Assembly (NCBI GenBank): GCA_046540995.1
Contig: JBKHED010000005.1
Span: 32,052-96,051, forward strand
Direction: 5' to 3'
Source of the DNA: Spirochaetaceae bacterium
Lineage (GTDB): Bacteria; Spirochaetota; Spirochaetia; DSM-27196; Alkalispirochaetaceae
DNA length: 64,000 nucleotides
Of this stretch, positions 17,989 to 27,191 are shown piece after piece. The notes beneath the pieces are model-generated. The model saw only the letters and a list, made by a program, of their open reading frames with translations. It had not been told where the DNA came from and made no database searches. Numbering within the stretch: position 1 is the stretch's first letter; every line of letters begins with the position of its first letter. A program made the position numbers and the translations under genes.

Positions 17989-20793
17989 ATGAAAGAGCCC
18001 CTCTATCTTCTTGACGGTTACAGCGTCATTTACCGCTCATACTTCGCCTTTATTCGAAATCCTCTGCGGAATGGCCGGGGAGAAAACACCTCCGCGATTT
18101 TCGGCTTCCTCCGCACCCTCCTCAGTATTCTCAAGGAGTACGATCCAAAACGGTTCGCCGTAGTCCTCGACTCCATCGAGGAGACCTTTCGGCACACGCA
18201 GTACGAAGCGTATAAGGCGACGAGGGACAAGACTCCCGACGATCTGCACGCGCAGATACCCCGGATCGAGGCGATCCTCGAGGCGCTGAAGGTACCAAAG
18301 ATCCGGAGCGAAGGGTACGAAGCGGACGACGTGATGGCGACGTTTGCGCGGCGGTGTCGAGAAGAGGGAAGAGCGTGCTACGTAATATCCGGTGACAAAG
18401 ACCTGCTTCAGCTCGTCGACGGTCCCGTACGAATACTCAAGCCGACGCAGAAGGCGGGACTCGAGGAGCTCGACCGTGAGGGCGTGTACCATGAGTGGGG
18501 CGTATACCCGGAGCAGATTCTCGACTATCTCTCCCTGGTGGGGGACAGCTCGGACAACGTGCCCGGAGTCAGGGGAATCGGCGCCAAGACCGCGGCAAAA
18601 CTGCTCAACGACTTCGGCACCCTCGACAAGATCTACGAGAATCTCGATGCCCTCTCCTCCAAGAGTCAGCGAGAAAAGCTCGAGGAGGGACGAGAGAGCG
18701 CCTACATGAGCAAGGAGCTCATCACCCTCGCCTACGACGCCCCATTGAGTCTCTCCATCGATGAGCTCGAGCTCTCCAACCTAGAGGTCGAGGCGGCGGT
18801 ACCCCTGCTGCAGCAGGAGAATATGCAGAGCGTTATCGATGAGCTCCGGGAGGCTCTGGGAGGAGGACCCGCGTCACGGTCCGATGGAGAGCCGGGGAGC
18901 GAAGGGCACCCGACGCAGCCGGCGGCGAGAGGGGTCTCCGGGGCGGAGCCGGTCCCGGGATATGAGCCTCTCCGCACGCCGGAGCGGCTCTTGGGCAAGG
19001 GGAGCTACGAGACGGTTACCAGTATGGACCGAGCCCGGGAGCTGCTTCGGGAGGCGCGAGAGGCGGGGCGGTTTGCCTTCGACTCGGAGACCGACGCCTT
19101 GAGCGAGATGGTCGCTCGGCCGGTGGGATTTTCCATCTCTTGGGAGGCGAAGAGCGGCTTCTACTTTCCTCTCGTTGGCCCGGAGGGGCCGGTACTTCCG
19201 AGAGAGGAGATTCGCCCGTTGCTGAAGGAGCTCCTGGAAGATCCCAGGTGCGAGCTCGTGGGGCAGAATCTCAAGTACGACTACAAGGTTTTCTCCCGCT
19301 GGGGGATCGAAATGGCCTCCATCTACTTTGACACGATGATCGCCGCCTGGCTCATCGATAGCGCGGCGAACGGCTACGGTATGGATAGCCTCGCTCGGCG
19401 ATACCTCGGCTACGAGACGGTGCACTACGCCGAGCTCTTCGCGGGGAAGGGAGCGGGTGAAACACCCTTCTCGGAGGTGCCCCTGGAGACCGCGGGACAC
19501 TACGCGGCGGAGGATGCCGACATCACCTGGCGCCTCTACGAGCTCTTCGCCCCGGAAATCGAGCGTCGCGGTTATCAGAAGCTCTTCCACCAGGTCGAGA
19601 TGCCTCTGGTGGCCCTTCTCGGCCGAATGGAGCTCAGGGGCATTACCCTTCAGGTGGACGAGCTCGAGAGTTACAGTGCGGAGCTCGCCTCTGAACTCCG
19701 GGATCTAGAGAAGGCGATCTACGAGCTCTGCGGTCGGGAGTTCAATATCGGCTCCACCAAACAACTCCAGGAGGTGCTCTTCCAGGAGCGGAAGCTCCAG
19801 CCGGTAAAGAAGACGAAGACCGGATTCTCCACGGACAACGCCGTACTGCAGCAACTCGCCCGGGAGGATCCGGTGCCCGAGCGTATCCTCCGTCATCGAC
19901 AGCTGAGCAAGCTCAAGTCTACCTACGTCGACGCCCTGCCTAAGCTCGTGAATCCGGAGACCCGGCGACTTCATACCCACTATCAGCAGACCGGCACGGC
20001 AACCGGACGGCTCTCGAGTAAGGATCCAAACCTGCAGAACATCCCGATACGGGACGAAGAGGGAAGAAGGATCCGTCGAGCCTTCGTGGCGCCCCCGGAA
20101 TGGCGGATCGTAAGCGCCGACTATTCCCAGATAGAGCTCGTGGTTCTCGCGCACCTCTCCGACGATCCCGGCCTCAAGTCAGCCTTCTTTGAAGGAGTGG
20201 ATGTCCATCGAAGAACCGGGGCGCTCATATTCGGCGTGGAGACGGATCAGGTGACACCGGAGCAGCGGAGGATCGCCAAGACGATAAACTTCGGGGTGAT
20301 GTACGGCATGAGCAGTTTTCGCCTTTCCAACGAGCTTTCCATACCCCGACGGGAGGCGGAGGCGTTTATTCAAGCGTACTTCGCCACCTACTCCCGAATA
20401 CGGGAGTTTATCGACCACACCGTGGCGGAGGCTGAGAAGAGCGGCAGAGTTCGCACCCTCCTCGGTCGTGAGCGCCCTCTGCCGGACATCAATAGCAGGA
20501 ACCGGAACGTGAAAAGCGGGCAGGAACGCATCGCGGTGAACACGCCGATCCAGGGAACCGCCGCGGATATCGTGAAACTCGCCATGCTCAACGTCGATGA
20601 GCGGTTGACTCAGGAGAAAATGCGTAGTCGCATTCTGCTGCAGGTCCATGACGAGCTTATCCTCGAGGCGCCGGAGGCGGAGGTGGATCTGCTCACGGCG
20701 ATTCTCATGGAGGAGATGAGCACGGCTGTGGAGCTCTCAGTCCCCTTGCGGGTAAACGTGGAGAGCGGCACTAACTGGGGCGAGCTCCACTAA
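17989..20793 (+). CDS. polA: DNA polymerase I (5' nuclease, 3'-5' exonuclease and polymerase domains)
   Basis: Exo I FDSETD, LSSKDPNLQNIP, QVHDELILE, and an N-terminal FEN-like domain. Confidence 0.95.
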   Translation: MKEPLYLLDGYSVIYRSYFAFIRNPLRNGRGENTSAIFGFLRTLLSILKEYDPKRFAVVLDSIEETFRHTQYEAYKATRDKTPDDLHAQIPRIEAILEALKVPKIRSEGYEADDVMATFARRCREEGRACYVISGDKDLLQLVDGPVRILKPTQKAGLEELDREGVYHEWGVYPEQILDYLSLVGDSSDNVPGVRGIGAKTAAKLLNDFGTLDKIYENLDALSSKSQREKLEEGRESAYMSKELITLAYDAPLSLSIDELELSNLEVEAAVPLLQQENMQSVIDELREALGGGPASRSDGEPGSEGHPTQPAARGVSGAEPVPGYEPLRTPERLLGKGSYETVTSMDRARELLREAREAGRFAFDSETDALSEMVARPVGFSISWEAKSGFYFPLVGPEGPVLPREEIRPLLKELLEDPRCELVGQNLKYDYKVFSRWGIEMASIYFDTMIAAWLIDSAANGYGMDSLARRYLGYETVHYAELFAGKGAGETPFSEVPLETAGHYAAEDADITWRLYELFAPEIERRGYQKLFHQVEMPLVALLGRMELRGITLQVDELESYSAELASELRDLEKAIYELCGREFNIGSTKQLQEVLFQERKLQPVKKTKTGFSTDNAVLQQLAREDPVPERILRHRQLSKLKSTYVDALPKLVNPETRRLHTHYQQTGTATGRLSSKDPNLQNIPIRDEEGRRIRRAFVAPPEWRIVSADYSQIELVVLAHLSDDPGLKSAFFEGVDVHRRTGALIFGVETDQVTPEQRRIAKTINFGVMYGMSSFRLSNELSIPRREAEAFIQAYFATYSRIREFIDHTVAEAEKSGRVRTLLGRERPLPDINSRNRNVKSGQERIAVNTPIQGTAADIVKLAMLNVDERLTQEKMRSRILLQVHDELILEAPEAEVDLLTAILMEEMSTAVELSVPLRVNVESGTNWGELH

Positions 20794-21383
20794 TGGTCGT
20801 CGGCGTAAGTGGACGGTATTGCGCCGGAAAGAGCGAGGTGTCCCGGATGCTCGTGGAGGAAGGGTACGAGCGCCTCGACGTGGACCGGCAGGGTCATCAG
20901 GCGTTGGTGAGTGAGCGGGAGCGGGTGCTCGCGCTCTTCGGCGAGAGAATTATCGGCGAGAGCGGCGAGATCGACCGGCGTAAGCTAGGGGAGATCGTTT
21001 TTCGCGACGAGGAGGCTCGAACGCGGTTGGAGGAGATCGTTCACCCGGTGATGCGGGAGCGGGTGGGCGCCCGAGCGGAAGAGAGTCGGCGCCGGGAAGA
21101 GCGACTCGTCATCGACGCGGCGCTCCTTTTCTACATGGGGCTTCATACCGTCTGCGACAAGGTCCTCTGGGTCGACGCACCCGGTATCGTCCGGCTCTGG
21201 CGAGCGCTCAAACGGGATAAGTTGAGCCTCCCCCTGCTGCTCTCCCGCTTTAGGGCACAGCGCCAACTAACCCCTCAACCTTACATGCACGATGTCGATA
21301 TTAGAAGAGTGAACAATTGGGGTTCTCGCGCCCGGCTCTACAGGCAGGTCGCCGAGGTACCGGGAGTTTTACCTGAGAGATAG
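20793..21383 (+). CDS. coaE: dephospho-CoA kinase
   Basis: P-loop GVSGRYCAGKS and CoaE-like length. The start overlaps the polA stop in a TAATG junction. Confidence 0.85.
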   Translation: MVVGVSGRYCAGKSEVSRMLVEEGYERLDVDRQGHQALVSERERVLALFGERIIGESGEIDRRKLGEIVFRDEEARTRLEEIVHPVMRERVGARAEESRRREERLVIDAALLFYMGLHTVCDKVLWVDAPGIVRLWRALKRDKLSLPLLLSRFRAQRQLTPQPYMHDVDIRRVNNWGSRARLYRQVAEVPGVLPER

Positions 21384-21386
21384 CCT

Positions 21387-22148
21387 ATGGAACAGCAGAA
21401 GGTTCTAATAATCATAATCTCCGCGGCCCTCTTCATAGCCGCGGTTCTCGGTGTGGGCCTCGCGCTCTTCTACCCTGATGGCGAGCGGGGTGAGGTCGCA
21501 GCCTCAGCGCAGGAGTTCGATCCGATTGAGTATGCCCGACCGCCGGAGGCGGAGGAGGAGGAACCGCGGGAGGAGGAGTCGGTCATCGTCTATGGAGGCG
21601 ATGAGGAAGATACCTCCCCGAAGGAACGGGTCATTCTTCTTACCGAGGAGTTGGCGGAGGAGCATGAGCGGGAGCAGGAGAGGGAGCAGGAGAGTGAAAA
21701 GGAATCCTCCGAGCCCGATACCGCCGTCACAAGCCGCCGTGCCAGAGAACCGGCTACGCCCCGAGAGACAGCCCCTGAACCGGATAGAGTGGACGAACCC
21801 GTACCGACGGAGCGACCGGAACCACGAGAGTCCGCCACTGAGGCGAGCTACCGTACCGATCCGGAGCGCGAGCCTCGGCGAATCAGAGTGACCGAGCACT
21901 GGATACAGCTCATTTCCTCTCCTGCCAAGGAGCGGGTAGACCTGGTCCGGGAGCAACTGAGAGAAGAGTACAGCCTCGGCGCGCGGGTCACCACGAAAGA
22001 GGTGGACGACAGGACCTACTACCGCCTTCGCCTGGGCCCCTATGATGATCGAGGCGAAGCGGAGAAGTTTCTTTCCTGGATCCGGGAGATCGACGGCTTC
22101 GGCGAGGCGTACATCTCGGAAGAGTATCCGCTGCGGACGGTGCGGTAA
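21387..22148 (+). CDS. membrane-anchored SPOR-domain (peptidoglycan-binding) protein with an acidic low-complexity linker
   Basis: N-terminal TM IIIISAALFIAAVLGVGLALF. The C-terminus WIQLISSPAKERVDLVREQL...YYRLRLGPYDDRGEAEKFL is SPOR-like. Confidence 0.75.
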   Translation: MEQQKVLIIIISAALFIAAVLGVGLALFYPDGERGEVAASAQEFDPIEYARPPEAEEEEPREEESVIVYGGDEEDTSPKERVILLTEELAEEHEREQEREQESEKESSEPDTAVTSRRAREPATPRETAPEPDRVDEPVPTERPEPRESATEASYRTDPEREPRRIRVTEHWIQLISSPAKERVDLVREQLREEYSLGARVTTKEVDDRTYYRLRLGPYDDRGEAEKFLSWIREIDGFGEAYISEEYPLRTVR

Positions 22149-22207
22149 CCGAGGTCAGCGGCCCGCGCACTCCTGAGGGCTCACCATACCGCCGTCCCGA
22201 GACCCGC

Positions 22208-23122
22208 CTAAATCTGGTAATCCAGCCCCATCGTACGTTCTCGGCGCATTACGTAGTCCCCGGCCCGGGTGTAGATTCGGCTTCCGGGAGAGACTGACTC
22301 CGTGAGCCAGACGTTACCCCCAATGATCGAGTCGTGGCCAATAACAGTGTTGCCTCCGAGAATCGTCGCACCGGCGTAAATGGTGACGTTGTCCTCTATT
22401 GTCGGGTGTCGCTTCTGATCCACTTCGGACTTCTTTACGCTCAGGGCGCCGAGGGTGACCCCCTGGTAGATCTTGACGTGATCGCCGATTACCGTCGTCT
22501 CCCCGATAACAACCCCCGTGGCGTGGTCTATGAAGAAGTACTCCCCGATTTGGGCGGCGGGATGAATGTCGATTCCCGTTTTCCCGTGAATGACCTCACT
22601 CATTATGCGCGGGATGAGCGGTATCTCCCGAATCCAGATTTCGTGGGCGATACGGTGAACGATAATCGCCTCCACTCCGGGGTAGGCGAGGATTATCTCC
22701 TCCTCGGATCGAGCCGCGGGATCCCCGGCAAAAGCGGCTTCCACATCGAGCTTAACCGTCCGACGGATGTCCGGTATCATCCTGAGGATCTCCAGGGCAA
22801 GGCGCTTGGCTTCCTCCCGGCACCGGTCCATCGGCCTCCCTTCCTCGCAAAGGGACTCCTTGTAGCAAAGGCTCTTAAAGACTTCCGAGGATAGGGCGTT
22901 GAGGAGGCGGCTCGCCTTCTCGGAGACGACGTAGCGTACGGAGTCCTTCGTAACCGTGTCGTCGCTCTGGTAGCCCGGAAAGACGAGGGACTGCAGGTCG
23001 TTCAGAATCTTGACAATGCTCGGCCTAGAGGGGAGATTCGGGCCGTCGAGGTGGTTAATGCCACCGATTTGCTCATAGGAGTCGGCGATGTCGCCTACGA
23101 TGGTGGTCAGCTCTTCTACCAT
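22208..23122 (-). CDS. cysE: serine O-acetyltransferase (long N-terminal form)
   Basis: Left-handed beta-helix hexapeptide repeats (DHATGVVIGETTVIGDHVKIYQGVTLG...IGHDSIIGGNVWL) and a SATase N-domain. Confidence 0.85.
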   Translation of the reverse strand: MVEELTTIVGDIADSYEQIGGINHLDGPNLPSRPSIVKILNDLQSLVFPGYQSDDTVTKDSVRYVVSEKASRLLNALSSEVFKSLCYKESLCEEGRPMDRCREEAKRLALEILRMIPDIRRTVKLDVEAAFAGDPAARSEEEIILAYPGVEAIIVHRIAHEIWIREIPLIPRIMSEVIHGKTGIDIHPAAQIGEYFFIDHATGVVIGETTVIGDHVKIYQGVTLGALSVKKSEVDQKRHPTIEDNVTIYAGATILGGNTVIGHDSIIGGNVWLTESVSPGSRIYTRAGDYVMRRERTMGLDYQI

Positions 23123-23128
23123 TACTCA

Positions 23129-23157
23129 TCGATACACATCCGGAGACCCGGTGTCAA
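23129..23157 (-). promoter_or_regulatory. candidate promoter for cysE (leaderless-type spacing)
   Basis: On the minus strand: TTGACA, 17 nt, TATCGA, then 6 nt to the ATG at 23122. Confidence 0.4.
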
Positions 23158-23164
23158 CTGAAGC

Positions 23165-24658
23165 CTAGATCCGTTGGAACTGCTCGGAGGAGATTCCCGG
23201 TCGCATCGTCCGCGAGCCGGCGTAGTGCCAGGTGAAATCGAAGAGGTTCCCCGGGTTGAGCATCGGATACTCGTCTACGGTGAGTCCGTGAAGCCTGAGG
23301 TTACTCCGCCGTCGGAGCTCGGCGAGCTGCTCTTCCGTTGTCGGAGAGAGACGCGCCTCGCGGCTGTCGGTGACAAAGAGAATATCGCCCTCCTTCCACC
23401 CTTCCCGCTGCGCTTCCCGCAGTACCTCACGCAGGGCCGGTACCGCCGCCGCGCCGGAGCTGAACGCCTCGTCGAGGAACTCCGGCAGGGCTGCTACGTT
23501 CGGCGAGCCCGGTCGAAGCAGAAGTCGGCGAACGGAGGTCGAGAACACCGCCAACCTGAGCTCTCGACCACGGGTTACCGCGTGCCGCAGCAGGCCGAAG
23601 GCGACGGCGCGGGCCACCGACTCGCCCTCTCCGCGCATCGAACCGGTCGTGTCGAGGACCAGGGCTACCGGTGGCGTGTGCTTCGGTGGGGGTGGCTCTC
23701 TCCCGCTCATCTCTTCTCTCTGATCTGCTCGGTCATCCCGTTCGTCGGGGCGCCGTTCCGATTCCGCGAGAGAAAGACGTTGTGCCCGGCCTCTTCTTCT
23801 CAGAAGAAAGAGCTCTTCCGGTTCCAACTCGCCCCGAAGAGAGACCTCCGTCACGGGAATGCGCGGGCAGCGGGATTCGAAGCGGTTCGACGATCGTCGT
23901 CTCTTCTCCGGGTAAGCCGGCGCTTCGGAGCCTCCGTCGCCATCGGTGTCGCCGGCCCGCCGGATAGGTGCCAGCGCCACCGTCCGGGCGAGTCGTTCAA
24001 CCGTAGGTTCTCTCTCCAGAAGAGTGGCGAGCTCCTCGAGGCCGTTCCAGTCCGGGGGGGACCACCTTCCCTCGGAAGCGCTCCAGCCAAAGGAGCTCGC
24101 GGGCCAACTCATGCCGGAGCGGCGGAGGATGTGCAGATAGGCCGGTAGCTCCCGGGAGAGCATGTTCAGCGGGAGGCTCATTCGGTGGAAAGAGCGCCGC
24201 AGCGCCTCCTCTCTGGCGGCCTGCCGCATGAGGGGCGGAAGGAGCTCCCGAACTCTACTCTCCAAGGATGCTCCTCGGAGCGGGTCCCACCGTTCTCTCA
24301 GTAGCGCGATATCTCTAACGCACCCCTCTGCCCTAATGGAAGGGGGGAGTTCCCTAATGATCTCCTCCGCCTTTTCCAAGGCGGCATGGAGTTCAGGTTC
24401 CGACGGCTCCTTGCTCGAGAGCGGAGCGAGCGGCGCCAGACGAACCGCAATCTCCCGGCCGGCTTCCGGAAGCGATTCGTACCAAAGGCTTACCAGATAT
24501 TCTCCCAGAGCCTCGCCGACCTTCGAGACCGCAGGCTCTTCGGTCTCCTCGGTGATCGGCCTGGGCAAGCGGTGTAGCGCGAGCTCCAGAAGCCTGTTCG
24601 TCTCGTTCAGGGGAGGAAGGTAGCTCTTGAGTCTTTCTCGTAGCTCTTCCGCGATCAT
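23165..24658 (-). CDS. viaA: ViaA-like vWA-domain protein (partner of the RavA-like AAA+ ATPase)
   Basis: The C-terminal vWA VALVLDTTGSMRGEG...LAVFSTS...ILFVTDS aligns with my recollection of E. coli ViaA. The ATGA start overlaps the upstream stop. Confidence 0.75.
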   Translation of the reverse strand: MIAEELRERLKSYLPPLNETNRLLELALHRLPRPITEETEEPAVSKVGEALGEYLVSLWYESLPEAGREIAVRLAPLAPLSSKEPSEPELHAALEKAEEIIRELPPSIRAEGCVRDIALLRERWDPLRGASLESRVRELLPPLMRQAAREEALRRSFHRMSLPLNMLSRELPAYLHILRRSGMSWPASSFGWSASEGRWSPPDWNGLEELATLLEREPTVERLARTVALAPIRRAGDTDGDGGSEAPAYPEKRRRSSNRFESRCPRIPVTEVSLRGELEPEELFLLRRRGRAQRLSLAESERRPDERDDRADQREEMSGREPPPPKHTPPVALVLDTTGSMRGEGESVARAVAFGLLRHAVTRGRELRLAVFSTSVRRLLLRPGSPNVAALPEFLDEAFSSGAAAVPALREVLREAQREGWKEGDILFVTDSREARLSPTTEEQLAELRRRSNLRLHGLTVDEYPMLNPGNLFDFTWHYAGSRTMRPGISSEQFQRI

Positions 24659-26193
24659 TCTCGACTGAGGTCGAAGGCCTCCGCCTCATAGGCGCTCATT
24701 TCGCTCTCTAAGGCGATAAGAGCTTTCTCACTCTCCTTCAGCCCGTCGAGAAGCAACGTTGCGTACTCTCGCTTCACGAAAAGATGCTCAAAGGACTCGC
24801 TTTCTCCGGCGGCCCTCATGGCGCCGATCTCCTCGATTCGTTTTCGGCATATATCGACCAATCCCGAGAGCCGTTGTCGAAACTCCTTCGCCTCGCTACC
24901 GGAAAGCGGGCGGTGCTCTGCGACGCTGCGGCTCACGTCGGTACCTTTCAGGGGAAAGATATCGCCGTTTATTTCCACGCTCCCCTCTCCCTCGCGGCGA
25001 ACCATGAAGGTATCGGTGTGGGAGAGAACGTCATCCTCTCCGTAGAAGAAGAGCTCCACGGTCTTGGCGGTTTCGGTGGAGAGATTCTGGAAATCGTCGA
25101 TCCAGATGAGGGTGGTCAGGTCTTCTATAAACTCATCTATAACGAAGTACTCCCCCCGAAACCGCTCGAACTCTCGGACTTCCTCTTCGTGATAATCTAT
25201 CCGGTGGTTCTCGATCTCGTCCGAGAGGCGCCGAAACTCCAGGCGGAGCCGCTTGGTGTCGAAACGGTCCGACTGGGCGTGCTCCAGAATCGCTCTCCGA
25301 ATAATCGTGTTGACTTCGTCGATCTGTTCCGGCCGCTCCCAGAGACCGTGGCGGAGAAGCACGCAGTCCAGTGGATCAACATGGTTTCGGCCGTGAAAAA
25401 ACGCGGAGGCTTTGAGGAGCTTGGTGAGCTCATGCCACCGTCTGTCGGATACGTATATCGGGGGCTCGTTCCTTTCGCCGCGCTCCTGGTTGTGCTCGAT
25501 GAGCGCTTCTCTCACCCGACCGATGAGCCCCACGACTTCCTCGGTTAGCTCCACCGAGCTGATCCCCTCGCTCCAGCTTCGAAGCTCCTCGCTGGTGATC
25601 TTGAGCTCCTCCGGGATCTCTCCCGGCTCCTCCTTCAGGAGGAGCGCTCGAAAGCTCTCTGTCGAGCGTACCGGTTCGATGTCGACTCGAAAGAGAAATC
25701 GGTCCCAGAAGGGACGGCTCACCTCCTCGATCGGGGGCAGATAGTCCGCCGTCCCTACGAGGAGGTGCCAGGATACCTCCTCGACATCGGATCCGTTGCG
25801 CAGCTTACGGTCGGCGATGACCGGTAGGATTGCGTCACGCAGCGGCCGAGTGCCGTTCCAGATATTTTCGATGGCGATAAGCTCCGCCTCCGGGAGGTAG
25901 CCGGCGGTCTCCCGCGGGCGGGTCGCATTTCCCCTGAGAAACTCGAGGTTGACGGGACCGAAGAGCTCATCGGGAGTGGTAAAGCCGTCCAGGGCGGCCT
26001 CGAACCGCTTTGCGTCACGAAACGCACCCATTACCCGGCGGGATACGAGGCTCTTACCAACCCCGGCGGGTCCGAGAAGCGCGATACTCTCCCCGGTAAG
26101 GGCGGTAAGCAGGGCGAGACGAAGGGGTTCATCCCGTTCCACCAAGCCGGTGCGGAGGGATTCGACGAGGGAGCGAATGCGATCGTACACCAT
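24655..26193 (-). CDS. ravA: RavA-like MoxR-family AAA+ ATPase
   Basis: LLGPAGVGKS (Walker A), FTTPDELFGP, WDRFLFRV and YVSDRRWHELTKLLKASAFFHGR closely parallel E. coli RavA. The Walker B position reads IAIEN. Confidence 0.85.
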   Translation of the reverse strand: MVYDRIRSLVESLRTGLVERDEPLRLALLTALTGESIALLGPAGVGKSLVSRRVMGAFRDAKRFEAALDGFTTPDELFGPVNLEFLRGNATRPRETAGYLPEAELIAIENIWNGTRPLRDAILPVIADRKLRNGSDVEEVSWHLLVGTADYLPPIEEVSRPFWDRFLFRVDIEPVRSTESFRALLLKEEPGEIPEELKITSEELRSWSEGISSVELTEEVVGLIGRVREALIEHNQERGERNEPPIYVSDRRWHELTKLLKASAFFHGRNHVDPLDCVLLRHGLWERPEQIDEVNTIIRRAILEHAQSDRFDTKRLRLEFRRLSDEIENHRIDYHEEEVREFERFRGEYFVIDEFIEDLTTLIWIDDFQNLSTETAKTVELFFYGEDDVLSHTDTFMVRREGEGSVEINGDIFPLKGTDVSRSVAEHRPLSGSEAKEFRQRLSGLVDICRKRIEEIGAMRAAGESESFEHLFVKREYATLLLDGLKESEKALIALESEMSAYEAEAFDLSRE

Positions 26194-26199
26194 GGGCGC

Positions 26200-26228
26200 A
26201 TTCTTTCCCGATCCCAGGGGGGTGTCAA
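26200..26228 (-). promoter_or_regulatory. candidate promoter for ravA-viaA (leaderless-type spacing)
   Basis: On the minus strand: TTGACA, 17 nt, AAGAAT, then 6 nt to the ATG at 26193. Confidence 0.4.
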
Positions 26229-26236
26229 CACCTCAG

Positions 26237-26265
26237 TTGTAACCGGGCTCGGTTTCATCTACCCT
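26237..26265 (+). promoter_or_regulatory. candidate promoter for the Nudix gene
   Basis: TTGTAA, 17 nt, TACCCT, then 7 nt to the ATG at 26273. Confidence 0.3.
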
Positions 26266-26272
26266 GCGGACT

Positions 26273-26842
26273 ATGAGTCATCACCACCTACGTTGGAAGG
26301 AACGGCGACGAGAGCGGCTCTTGGACGCGGCGGTCTTTTCAGTGGACAAGAGCATTCAGGAGGGCCCCGAGGGGCGTTCGGCGGAGTACTTTCTCCTGAA
26401 CACCCCGGATTGGGGCAACGTGGTCGCCCTCACCACCGATGAGCAGGGGCGGGAGTGCTTCGTTATGGTCCGACAGTTCAGACACGGCAATATGAAGGTC
26501 TCCCTGGAGTTCCCCGGGGGCGTAATCGACCCTGGGGAGGATCCCAAGGAAGCCACCGCTCGCGAGCTTGCGGAGGAGACCGGCTATACTTCCGAGGAGT
26601 TCACCCTCATCGGGGAGATATACCCGAACCCCGCCTTTATGAACAACGTCTGCTACACCTACCTCGCTCGAGACCTTCGTCGCATACGGGACCAGAATCT
26701 CGATGAGAACGAGGTCATCGACGTGGAGCTCGTGCCGGTGGACTCCATTACCGTCGATCTACAGGGCTCCTTCTTTCACGCCATGATGGTGGTCGCCCTC
26801 CACTTCTATAACTGCTGGCGGGCGGATCACCCCACCCCCTGA
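26273..26842 (+). CDS. Nudix hydrolase (ADP-ribose pyrophosphatase-like)
   Basis: Nudix box GGVIDPGEDPKEATARELAEETGY. Confidence 0.85.
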   Translation: MSHHHLRWKERRRERLLDAAVFSVDKSIQEGPEGRSAEYFLLNTPDWGNVVALTTDEQGRECFVMVRQFRHGNMKVSLEFPGGVIDPGEDPKEATARELAEETGYTSEEFTLIGEIYPNPAFMNNVCYTYLARDLRRIRDQNLDENEVIDVELVPVDSITVDLQGSFFHAMMVVALHFYNCWRADHPTP

Positions 26843-26901
26843 GCAGAGAGGCGCCGACCGGAGGGCGCCACGCGCCCCCGGCTTGCAGATATGGCAAACG
26901 A

Positions 26902-26929
26902 AAACGGCCCACCGCTTGGTGGGCCGTTT
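26902..26929 (-). terminator. duplicated copy of the tRNA-Cys terminator hairpin (inside repeat copy 1)
   Basis: Stem AAACGGCCCACC / GGTGGGCCGTTT with a 4-nt loop. On the minus strand it is followed by TTTTCGTTT. Confidence 0.4.
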
Positions 26930-26996
26930 CTCAGTGAGCAGAGAGGCGCCGACCGGAGGGCGCCACGCGCCCCCGGCTTGCAGATATGGCAAACGA

Positions 26997-27024
26997 AAAC
27001 GGCCCACCGCTTGGTGGGCCGTTT
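26997..27024 (-). terminator. rho-independent terminator downstream of tRNA-Cys; possibly bidirectional for the Nudix gene
   Basis: 12-bp perfect stem and 4-nt loop. The T-rich tract on the minus strand lies 15 nt after the tRNA 3' end. Confidence 0.6.
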
Positions 27025-27038
27025 CTTAGTGAGCAGAG

Positions 27039-27111
27039 AGGCGCCGACCGGATTCGAACCGGTGAATGGAGGTTTTGCAGACCTCTCCCTTAGCCACTTG
27101 GGTACGGCGCC
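27039..27111 (-). tRNA. tRNA-Cys (anticodon GCA)
   Basis: Manual cloverleaf: acceptor GGCGCCG/CGGCGCC, anticodon stem GAGGT/ACCTC with loop CTGCAAA, T arm ACCGG-TTCGAAT-CCGGT, discriminator U. It is 73 nt and no CCA is encoded. Confidence 0.93.
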
Positions 27112-27191
27112 GTATGTGATGCAAGGTTACAAAAAAGCCGCGCCATTGTAAAGAGCGCGCCGCTGAAGGCGCGCCCGCGGGACGCGCCCCG

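Larger units (their letters stand above)
26841..27052. repeat. two 95-bp tandem repeats plus a third partial copy that is the genuine 3' end of tRNA-Cys
   Basis: Copies at 26841-26935 and 26936-27030 differ at 1 position. Each starts with the 22 nt GAGCAGAGAGGCGCCGACCGGA, which is also found at 27031-27052 (8-nt trailer plus 14 nt of the tRNA 3' end). Confidence 0.9.

Noticed and set aside
21590-21720. Possible tandem DNA repeat in the SPOR-protein linker (EEHEREQEREQESEKE)
   Set aside because: This is only compositional low complexity (Glu/Arg codons). There is no exact nucleotide periodicity.
26841-27030. CRISPR-like array
   Set aside because: The 95-bp units are directly adjacent with no unique spacers, and no cas genes are present.
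27136-27175. GC-rich hairpin(s) between pepF and tRNA-Cys as a pepF terminator
   Set aside because: A GCGCGCC/GGCGCGC stem exists, and on the minus strand a T6 run follows a second imperfect stem. Alternative pairings are ambiguous, so I could not define a clean terminator.
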